Shown here one piece after another: positions 25,086 to 32,361 of a stretch of 32,361 nucleotides of DNA (within the stretch, counting starts at the first letter, position 1; the number at the start of each line of letters is the position of its first letter). The notes under the pieces are model-generated. The model saw nothing but the letters and a program-made list of their open reading frames with translations. It did no database searches and had not been told where the DNA came from. The stretch covers positions 1 to 32,361 of the IMG/VR virus record IMGVR_UViG_3300006483_000009; one strand, given 5' to 3'. Made by a program: the position numbers and the translations under genes. Source of the stretch: a virus (Duplodnaviria > Caudoviricetes).

Positions 25086-25937
25086 ATGGAACTAACATAT
25101 ACAAATAGAGATGGAGAGAGCATTACGCTTAAGCAAAGCCGACCGTACTTTCTTACGAAGGTAGACGGCACTGGCAATATGCGTCAAACCGTCAACACTT
25201 TCAAGGCGCCAGATCAGGATGGCGCTTTTTATATTTCCTCCACGTTAGATATGCGAAACATAACAATTGAAGGTACGGTTGTTGCTGATACCCCCGATGA
25301 GGCCTATAAAAGGAGACAGCGCTTCCTTCAAATATTCAGTCCAAAGTTATTAGGGACGCTTCAATACCGTGAGCGACAGATATCCTGTGTGGTGGAGGAG
25401 GCAGGTTTTAGTGTTTCTAATCGGCAACGAATACCAAACTTCTTTGTCAGTCTACTCTGCCCGTCCCCTTTCTTCGAAACATTAAACGAGGTGCGAGAGG
25501 AACTGGCATCATGGATACCGCTATTTGAGTTTGAATTAGAAATCCCAATGAGCGGGATGGAGTTTGGAATGCGTCAGCCTAGCCAGATCATTACGGTAGA
25601 AAATATCGGGGATGTATCTTGCGGATGTGAGATTGTGTTCCGAGCTTTAGGTACTGTGTCGAACCCTGAACTTTTAAATATAGACACAGGAGAATATATC
25701 CGGCTTCTCACTACAATGAACGCTGGGGATGAACTTCGTGTATATACCCATTTCGCTGGTAAGCGTGTAGTCCAGATTGATGGGTCAACGATTACAAATG
25801 CATTTTCACTGTTAGATACGAATTCGGTGTTCTTTCAACTAGCGGCAGGTCTAAATACACTGCGTTACGATGCTTCTGTCAATATGGAATTGTTAGAGGT
25901 TAGTATTTACTTTCGTCCGCAGTTTCTGGGGGTGTAA
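25086..25937 (+). CDS. Distal tail protein (Dit, Sipho_tail-like)
   Basis: Follows TMP; DGAFY..RNITIEG, LLCPSPFF, VENIGDV, FFQLAAGLNTLRY. Confidence 0.85.
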   Translation: MELTYTNRDGESITLKQSRPYFLTKVDGTGNMRQTVNTFKAPDQDGAFYISSTLDMRNITIEGTVVADTPDEAYKRRQRFLQIFSPKLLGTLQYRERQISCVVEEAGFSVSNRQRIPNFFVSLLCPSPFFETLNEVREELASWIPLFEFELEIPMSGMEFGMRQPSQIITVENIGDVSCGCEIVFRALGTVSNPELLNIDTGEYIRLLTTMNAGDELRVYTHFAGKRVVQIDGSTITNAFSLLDTNSVFFQLAAGLNTLRYDASVNMELLEVSIYFRPQFLGV

Positions 25938-25939
25938 AA

Positions 25940-27877
25940 ATGGAACTGTATATCTACAACTCAAACCGAGAGCTTGCGGGCATTGTGGAATCCTTCGAGT
26001 ACTTGCGCTGGACGAGGCGCTATTCCCAGTGTGGCTCATTTGAATTAAAAGCGATTGCAACTCCGGAGGATACAGAACTCTTAAAGGAAGGGAATATCAT
26101 CTGGAAAAATGATGATGAGGAAGCGGGGATCATCGAGCATCTGGAACTTTCTCAAACTGAGCATGAAATTATTACTGCAAGTGGTCGCTTTGCAACTTCC
26201 TTCCTTTCCCGCCGCATTGTATGGCAAACGGAGAAACTCTCTGGTGACATTTCTGTATGTGTAGAGCAGCTGATAAATAATAATCTTATCAATCCTTCTG
26301 ATGTAGCAAGGAAGATTTCGAACATAACCTTTTCTGCTCCAAACTTAAATGTTCCCATTAGCACACAGGTATCGTACCGAAATTTGATGGATGCTGTGAC
26401 GGAACTATGTGTTGCATCGGATGTTGGCATTAAGACTGTGTTCACTCCTGCTACAGGGGTTTTTACCGTAGCGTTATATATGGGAACGGAATCACAAGCT
26501 GTATTTTCTAAGGAATATGAAAACCTTACAGAACAGATTTATACAATAAGTGCTGGAGATTATGCGAACACTGCCCTTGTTGGTGGTGAAGGAGAAGGTC
26601 CAGACAGAACTTTTGTTGCAATTACAAGTGGCTCTGGTGAGACAAGGCACGAAATTTTTGTGGATGCTAAGGACTTACGGGCAGAAGACTTTGGTTTAGA
26701 TTACATTGATACACTAATCTTTCGAGGTCAAAGTAAGCTGAGTGAGCAGGCAATACGCTATTCATTTGATACATCAGTCAATCCACACGGTAATTTGAAA
26801 TATAAGATAGACTTCGATCTTGGGCAGACCGTCAAAGTCATTTCCAAAGCATGGGGTGTATCCATGACGACACGCATCACCGAAGTCGAAGAAACCTATG
26901 ACGCAGATGGCCAGAGTATCAGTGTAGTATTCGGAAAAGCTGAATTGACAATAGCGCAAAAATTACACTCCGACTTGAGCGAGGTGAAAACAGCAATATC
27001 GGCTCCAACTGGCATATCTGAAATTGCACAGGCTTTAGGAGCAGTGGAGGATACGCTAGTAACAGTTGAGGAAACCTTAGGCGACTTGACGGAGGTAGAT
27101 TCAAAGATTCAAGGAGACAACGTAGCATCTACTATCAACAATCTGTATGGAAAACTACCTGCGCTCGAAATCAATGTTGGCGGAGGAACTATATCGATTG
27201 GACAATATGCGTTGTATTATATGAAACCTGGAGATGCCTTTTATTTCACATCATGGAGTGGCAATAAGTTTAGTGACCAGCCAAGTGACGACGGTCATGT
27301 CTTTTTGATAAAACATAGTGGGGACAATACGGGAAATGGATATCAGCGAGCAATGGGTTTCTTTATTTCTCGCAATACGCTGACATTCTATGTGATTTCT
27401 GTTTTCGTATTTAATAACCCTTCTGGACAAGCAAACTGGCTTAATATCAATAATGAACCTGTAACTACTGCAAGAATTGTCAATGGAGCAGTTACAGGTT
27501 TAAAAATTGCAGACCGTACAATTACAGCTACTAAAATGGTTTCTTCTTTTAGCGACTATTCAACTACAGAACAAAACACTGGGCGACTATGGATAGATGG
27601 TAAGACGATTTATCGCAAGCAAGTGAATCTTGGGTCACTTACAAATACGACACCGAAAAGCGTAGCTCACGGCATATCAAACCTCAGCACTATTGTCAGT
27701 TTAACAGGCTTTGCGACAAATGGGACCGTATTCTTGCCACTGCCCCTTGCCCGGTACAACAACTTCGCATCGCAAATCGGACTCTTCGCAAATAAGACCG
27801 ACATTGTAGTCGAACCAGGCAATGATAGAACTGCGTATACAGGCTATGTAGTAATAGAGTATACAAAAACGGAATAG
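25940..27877 (+). CDS. Baseplate hub/Tal-like (ReqiPepy6 Gp37-like) protein with a C-terminal fibre/receptor-binding extension
   Basis: LRWTRRYSQCGSFEL, NTALVGGEGEG, EIFVDAKD, DFDLGQTV; then coiled coil, knob-like region and YSTTEQNTGRLWIDGKTIYRK..EYTK domain. Confidence 0.8.
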   Translation: MELYIYNSNRELAGIVESFEYLRWTRRYSQCGSFELKAIATPEDTELLKEGNIIWKNDDEEAGIIEHLELSQTEHEIITASGRFATSFLSRRIVWQTEKLSGDISVCVEQLINNNLINPSDVARKISNITFSAPNLNVPISTQVSYRNLMDAVTELCVASDVGIKTVFTPATGVFTVALYMGTESQAVFSKEYENLTEQIYTISAGDYANTALVGGEGEGPDRTFVAITSGSGETRHEIFVDAKDLRAEDFGLDYIDTLIFRGQSKLSEQAIRYSFDTSVNPHGNLKYKIDFDLGQTVKVISKAWGVSMTTRITEVEETYDADGQSISVVFGKAELTIAQKLHSDLSEVKTAISAPTGISEIAQALGAVEDTLVTVEETLGDLTEVDSKIQGDNVASTINNLYGKLPALEINVGGGTISIGQYALYYMKPGDAFYFTSWSGNKFSDQPSDDGHVFLIKHSGDNTGNGYQRAMGFFISRNTLTFYVISVFVFNNPSGQANWLNINNEPVTTARIVNGAVTGLKIADRTITATKMVSSFSDYSTTEQNTGRLWIDGKTIYRKQVNLGSLTNTTPKSVAHGISNLSTIVSLTGFATNGTVFLPLPLARYNNFASQIGLFANKTDIVVEPGNDRTAYTGYVVIEYTKTE

Positions 27878-27892
27878 AAGGAGGAGTGATTG

Positions 27893-28396
27893 ATGGAAAA
27901 AAGCGGATTTTTCAATTCATCCGATGGTGATAGAGTCTATGATGCAACGGACTTCGCTGCATATTTTGGAAGCCTTGTCTCGAATGGTGTATTTTATGTG
28001 ACACCAACAAACTTACTGGTATCTCCTGGGATTGGATTAGCAGTAACCATAGCACCGGGCAGTGCATGGATTAATGGTTATAGATATGAAAATACGGATG
28101 TTTTAAATAAACCCCTTGCTACAGCAGATGGGAGCAATCCTCGCATAGACAGGGTTGTGGTTCGTTTAAGTCAAATTACGAGAAGCATTCAGCTCGCCAT
28201 TGTTACTGGTACTCCAACGGCATCGCCCATAGCTCCGGAGTTGACAAGAACAAGCGATGTCTATGAACTTGGTATTGCTGATGTTCTAGTACCTTCAGCT
28301 GCTACATCGATTTCAGCAAATAACATTATTGATACTCGGTTGAATACTAGTCTTTGCGGGTTGGTAAACTCGCTAGTTTCTGCGGTTTATGAATAG
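27893..28396 (+). CDS. Minor tail/baseplate structural protein
   Basis: EKSGFFNS..DRVYDA, GSAWINGY, PRIDRVVVRL, YELGIADV, IIDTR..CGLV. Confidence 0.8.
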   Translation: MEKSGFFNSSDGDRVYDATDFAAYFGSLVSNGVFYVTPTNLLVSPGIGLAVTIAPGSAWINGYRYENTDVLNKPLATADGSNPRIDRVVVRLSQITRSIQLAIVTGTPTASPIAPELTRTSDVYELGIADVLVPSAATSISANNIIDTRLNTSLCGLVNSLVSAVYE

Positions 28397-28409
28397 GAGG
28401 TGAATATAA

Positions 28410-30764
28410 GTGGCGGATATTAACGGCATCACCCTGCAGGCGGGTTCCAGCCCGACCGTTTATTACACGATTACTTATACTAAAAGCCGACCTAATAATA
28501 GCCAAATGACATACAATTTTACCATATCCGCTGCATTGGGTTCATCAGGTTCCTTCATCCATAATGGTTATGCATTGCTTTGTACAATGACTGTAAATGG
28601 ATCTTCTTCGCAGGTGAGAATCAAAGCGGCGGACGGGGATAACTGGGATGGAACTACACCAAGACTCAGGTATGTTTCGGTGACCTGTGCTTCTAATACA
28701 GGTAATGCAACCCAGCCAGTCACATTCAAAGTGGTATCTGATGGACGATTGCCATTATCCTCTGGTGTAATTACCAATTCGAGTTATACGGTATTAAGCT
28801 CTCCTTTGCTTACTACAGCGTGTGGAGCACCGACATCTTGTACGGTTTCCCCAACACTTGCGGAAGGGAATGTGACTCTTTCTTGGAGTGGGGCTTCTGG
28901 GGGCATCAATAATACGATTTCCAGTTATGAGATTCAATATAGTGATTCTGCCGATAACATCACATGGGGAGCATGGACTGCTCTGACAACGGTGAACACC
29001 ACAGCATCAAGTGGCAGTGTATCAGTAGCACCGCCCTTAACGCGAGGTAATTATCGAAGATTTCAGGTAAGGACGCGTGGTACAGCAGGTGCTAGTTATT
29101 ACTCTATCTGGAAAGTATCCACAAACAGCGTCCGCAGAAATACTGTGCCAAAGCCAGCAACGACTGCTGTTGCTTCCCCAGCAGCATATAGTGATGAGAT
29201 TATCACGCTTACTTGGAGTGGAGCGTCAAGTGGTACGAGTCCAATTAAGGGATATCAAATTGCCAGCCGCACATCCACAGATAACAGCACATGGAGTGCA
29301 TGGAATGTGTTAACCATATTGACATTGGCGGCAAGCGGTGGTAGTTATAACCCAACTGTATCGAGGGCTCCAGGAACATACACACAATTTGGTATTTGGA
29401 CAATCGACACATTGGATGTTTACTCAATAGAGACAATTAGCAATAGTATCTATTGTAATGTAACAGCTTGTGCAGCACCGACCGTTTGTACGGTAAGCGC
29501 AACATTATCTGAAGGAAATGTTACCCTCTCTTGGAGCGGAGCGTTAGGTGGTGCGGGAAATCCTATCACTTCCTACGAAATACAGTACAGTGATTCGCCT
29601 GATAACAGTAATTGGGGTGCCTGGATGGCATATGCTATAGTCAATACATCTGCAACAAGCAGTATTTTAAATGCCAGTCCACCTGCTACACGGGGCCATT
29701 ATCGTCGTTTCCGAATAAGAACCCGTGGTACGGCTGGAGAGGATTTTTACTCAGACTGGACTATATCCAGCAATACTGTACGCAAAAATATACTACCCAT
29801 ACCGCCGACTACTTTTGCCGCAAACCCTCCTATATATGAAGCTAACACAATAAATCTTTCATGGAGTGGAACAGTACCTGGGACCAGTGCCATTAAGCAA
29901 TATGTCATACAACAGGCTACATCGACAGATAGTGTGAATTGGTCGGCATACGAAGCACTGACAACTATTGTTTCAAACAATTCTTCAGGTAACCTTCAGG
30001 TAAATGCGTCACAGATAGCCGGTAGGTATACCCGTTATCGAATAAGCGTTACGGATGCACTTGATGCAGTTTCTGCTTTTGTAGTTAGCAACACGGTAAA
30101 GAAAAACAGCCCACCTGCAGCACCGGTAGTTGACTGTCCAATGTCTGGTAATTTTACTTATAACACCATACCACGTTTTATGATCACAACAGGTATTGAA
30201 CCAGATGGACAACCACAAATAGTGGAGGTAAGGATTGATTCTGGTCCATGGCAAAACAGCGTAGACAATCCTGAGAGGTTTTCCATAAGCGGCTACCTTG
30301 GTAACGGGGTCAGGACCGTTTACCAGGCTGAGCCGCTGTCTGTAGGAAGCCATACAGTTACTTTCCGTTGTCTTGACAGTGATATCGAATCAGCAAGCAC
30401 AGAAGTTGTTCGTACCTTCACGATTTTAGCATTACCTTTTGAAATCATCACTGCTAATGTAACACACGTAAAGGCAGCGCATATTCAGACGCTTCGAACT
30501 GCTATAAACAGGGTGCGTAGCTATTACAACCTATCCCCTATGACTTGGAAAGAGGAGATTGTCGTAGGAAAGACCACTGTTAAGAATTGGCCATTTCATA
30601 TCGTTGAAATGCGCAAAGCAATTGATGCGATTATTATGATGATTAATAGTTTTGATTTTTCCCAGACATTCGATATACCACCTGTCACATGGTTGCCTAT
30701 CGGTACAGGACGACCCAAGGCAGATGTAATGCAACAAATTCATGACCTAATAAAAATAATGTAA
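28410..30764 (+). CDS. Fibronectin-III/Ig-like repeat virion protein
   Basis: Four units with xLSWSG/TLTWSG..I..Y.IQ..W.AW..Y..F pattern; Ser/Thr-rich; SD AGGAGGTG before GTG 28410. Confidence 0.75.
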   Translation: MADINGITLQAGSSPTVYYTITYTKSRPNNSQMTYNFTISAALGSSGSFIHNGYALLCTMTVNGSSSQVRIKAADGDNWDGTTPRLRYVSVTCASNTGNATQPVTFKVVSDGRLPLSSGVITNSSYTVLSSPLLTTACGAPTSCTVSPTLAEGNVTLSWSGASGGINNTISSYEIQYSDSADNITWGAWTALTTVNTTASSGSVSVAPPLTRGNYRRFQVRTRGTAGASYYSIWKVSTNSVRRNTVPKPATTAVASPAAYSDEIITLTWSGASSGTSPIKGYQIASRTSTDNSTWSAWNVLTILTLAASGGSYNPTVSRAPGTYTQFGIWTIDTLDVYSIETISNSIYCNVTACAAPTVCTVSATLSEGNVTLSWSGALGGAGNPITSYEIQYSDSPDNSNWGAWMAYAIVNTSATSSILNASPPATRGHYRRFRIRTRGTAGEDFYSDWTISSNTVRKNILPIPPTTFAANPPIYEANTINLSWSGTVPGTSAIKQYVIQQATSTDSVNWSAYEALTTIVSNNSSGNLQVNASQIAGRYTRYRISVTDALDAVSAFVVSNTVKKNSPPAAPVVDCPMSGNFTYNTIPRFMITTGIEPDGQPQIVEVRIDSGPWQNSVDNPERFSISGYLGNGVRTVYQAEPLSVGSHTVTFRCLDSDIESASTEVVRTFTILALPFEIITANVTHVKAAHIQTLRTAINRVRSYYNLSPMTWKEEIVVGKTTVKNWPFHIVEMRKAIDAIIMMINSFDFSQTFDIPPVTWLPIGTGRPKADVMQQIHDLIKIM

Positions 30765-30775
30765 AGGTAACATTC

Positions 30776-30806
30776 AGCGCTCTTGTAATTTGCAGGGGCG
30801 CTTTTC
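30776..30806 (+). terminator. Terminator-like hairpin before the holin
   Basis: AGCGCTCTTGTA-att-TGCAGGGGCGCT 12-bp stem (3 G-U) followed by TTTC. Confidence 0.55.
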
Positions 30807-30838
30807 TATATGGAAATACACGAATGGAGGTGTCTTTA

Positions 30839-31279
30839 ATGAAAGAGATTTGGAATTGGATACAACTGGCTATTGCCACAGTCGGTGGATTTCTTGGGTG
30901 GTTTCTCGGCGGTTATGATGGATTTCTTTATGCATTGGTAGCCTTTATTGTCATCGATTATGTGACGGGAGTGCTCTGTGCCATTATAGATAAAAAGTTG
31001 TGTAGTGAAATAGGTGCCAAGGGAATTTTCAAAAAGGTACTCATCTTTGCAATGGTAGGTATCGCTCATATTATTGATACACAAATTTTAGGTAGCATTG
31101 GAGATAATAGTGGAGCCTTACGCACAGCAGTAATCTTTTTCTATCTAAGTAATGAAGGAATATCCATTTTAGAGAATGCTGGTCATATTGGGCTGCCTAT
31201 CCCAGAAAAACTAAAATCGGTTCTTCAGCAATTACATGGACGTGATGAAGAACCTCGTAAGCCGGGTGATGGAATATGA
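30839..31279 (+). CDS. Phage holin (holin_4_1 / 'toxin secretion-phage lysis' family)
   Basis: GWFLGGYD, DYVTGV, GAKGIFKK, FYLSNEGISILEN..GLPIP; hydrophobic segments; SD GGAGG at 30826-30830. Confidence 0.92.
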   Translation: MKEIWNWIQLAIATVGGFLGWFLGGYDGFLYALVAFIVIDYVTGVLCAIIDKKLCSEIGAKGIFKKVLIFAMVGIAHIIDTQILGSIGDNSGALRTAVIFFYLSNEGISILENAGHIGLPIPEKLKSVLQQLHGRDEEPRKPGDGI

Positions 31280-32361
31280 TTGACTTAACGAAAGCGGTAA
31301 CGGTGTTCATAGGTCGCCGAGGTGAACATCACTATCGAAATATTGAATTTGATGTATCTAGCTTATTGGAAGAAAAATACCCCAGTGCCTCTTTGAATGC
31401 AATTTTCAAAAGACCCGATGGTATTGCCTATCCAGTGGTCACAAATTACGCTGACGGGGTTCTTGCCTGGTCGCCTAGTGCAACGGATACATCTATTGTC
31501 GGTGTTGGACGTCTTGAAATAAGGGTTACTTATGGAGAGGTGGTCGGAAAAAGCATTCAGATACTAACCATTGTAGAAGATGCCCTTGTTGATGGGATTG
31601 TCGAGCCGCCCGAACCTCCTGCTCAAGAATGGCTTAATCAGGTTCTTTCTACATTAGCTGGACTAGATATTAATGAAATAAATAATCTACTAAATCTCAT
31701 CTACAGCCTGTTAAATAATAACTATGATTTGCTGAATACCACACACGGCCTAGTCGAGGATATGCGAGACACACTATACACTCGGACTGGAATTATCCTT
31801 AACCATTTACACCCGATAGAAACTGCTACTGCACCGGACATGGTAAGCCGGAGAGCATCCATCACATTTACGAGCATAAATAGCGGCAACAACGTAGTAC
31901 TTGGCACGGTAACCTATACATTTGTTACATCTTTGGGCAGTCCCACAGCAAACAATGTGCAGGTGCTAATTCAAGGCACTCTCCGCAATACTGTAAAGAA
32001 ACTTGCCGAAGCCATAAGGGGAATTCAAGATGTAGCGAACATAGCCTATGGCATAGGGACAGCCCCGAACCCAACTTGTATGGCTTATTGGACGAGTCGA
32101 GTTTTCTCCATTGGTGATGTTACTGTTCCTTCCGGTGAGAGTCTATTCTTATTGGAAAGAGCTGAAAATGCTACGACACCATTGACCCTAACCTCTACCG
32201 CAACAGCTACTATCAACGCATTTACCAGAGCAAGCTATTTGAGATATGTCTTAAGCGGTAATGCTACAGGTGGGAGCGGTATTAACAGTGTTCGAGGCCC
32301 TTTGCACACATTATTGCCCATTGGTAGCGTGGTTATAGGCGGGCAGGGTGGATTGCTTTAT
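31276..32361 (+). CDS. Partial ORF (>=362 aa, runs off the window); BppU-like N-terminus, probable tail fibre/baseplate protein
   Basis: ATGA overlap with the holin stop; my translation is open to the end: MIDLTKAVTVFIGRRGEHHYRNIEFDV..KRPDGIAYPV..LAWSPSATDT..GVGRLEI..VGKS..EPPEPPAQEWLNQV, then a heptad region and a beta-rich region. Confidence 0.75.
   Translation, partial: MIDLTKAVTVFIGRRGEHHYRNIEFDVSSLLEEKYPSASLNAIFKRPDGIAYPVVTNYADGVLAWSPSATDTSIVGVGRLEIRVTYGEVVGKSIQILTIVEDALVDGIVEPPEPPAQEWLNQVLSTLAGLDINEINNLLNLIYSLLNNNYDLLNTTHGLVEDMRDTLYTRTGIILNHLHPIETATAPDMVSRRASITFTSINSGNNVVLGTVTYTFVTSLGSPTANNVQVLIQGTLRNTVKKLAEAIRGIQDVANIAYGIGTAPNPTCMAYWTSRVFSIGDVTVPSGESLFLLERAENATTPLTLTSTATATINAFTRASYLRYVLSGNATGGSGINSVRGPLHTLLPIGSVVIGGQGGLLY

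Larger units (their letters stand above)
1..32361 (+). mobile_element. Partial temperate siphophage/prophage (HK97-like head, long non-contractile tail); both ends lie outside the window
   Basis: Unbroken co-oriented replication, packaging, head, tail and holin gene order; antirepressor implies a temperate lifestyle; GGAGG-type RBSs fit a Firmicute host. No integrase or att site visible. Confidence 0.95.

Noticed and set aside
25940..32361. Diversity-generating retroelement or invertible tail-fibre cassette
   Set aside because: No reverse transcriptase, invertase, TR/VR pair or inverted crossover sites seen in the window; the downstream flank is unseen.

Overview
The whole window is the middle of a temperate HK97-like siphophage (probably a prophage) of a Firmicute host, with every gene on the + strand. 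Integrase/att, repressor and endolysin are not in the window. Gene order: antirepressor, DUF4406-like protein, primase-VirE helicase, iteron-rich putative origin, VRR-NUC, SNF2 helicase, RinA/ArpU-like activator with a phased-repeat late promoter, HNH, candidate cos, terS. A ~7.4 kb cargo then separates terS from terL, followed by portal, ClpP-like protease, capsid, head-tail, tail (with a -1 frameshift chaperone), baseplate/fibre genes, holin and an unannotated BppU-like ORF that runs off the end. The cargo is the most interesting part. (i) A SAM synthetase overlaps a ParB-fused amino-methyltransferase, which overlaps a 720-aa C5 methyltransferase. That enzyme carries about ten TRD-like 'TL' units and contains a nested +1-frame gene with its own Shine-Dalgarno, resembling the M.EcoHK31I beta-subunit arrangement. 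(ii) An apparently separately transcribed unit has two copies of a 44-bp promoter-like repeat and a terminator. It encodes an amidoligase, an apparently catalytically dead paralog of that amidoligase, a gamma-glutamylcyclotransferase, DUF4314 and DUF5049. Family names are from motif recognition and recall, not database searches.
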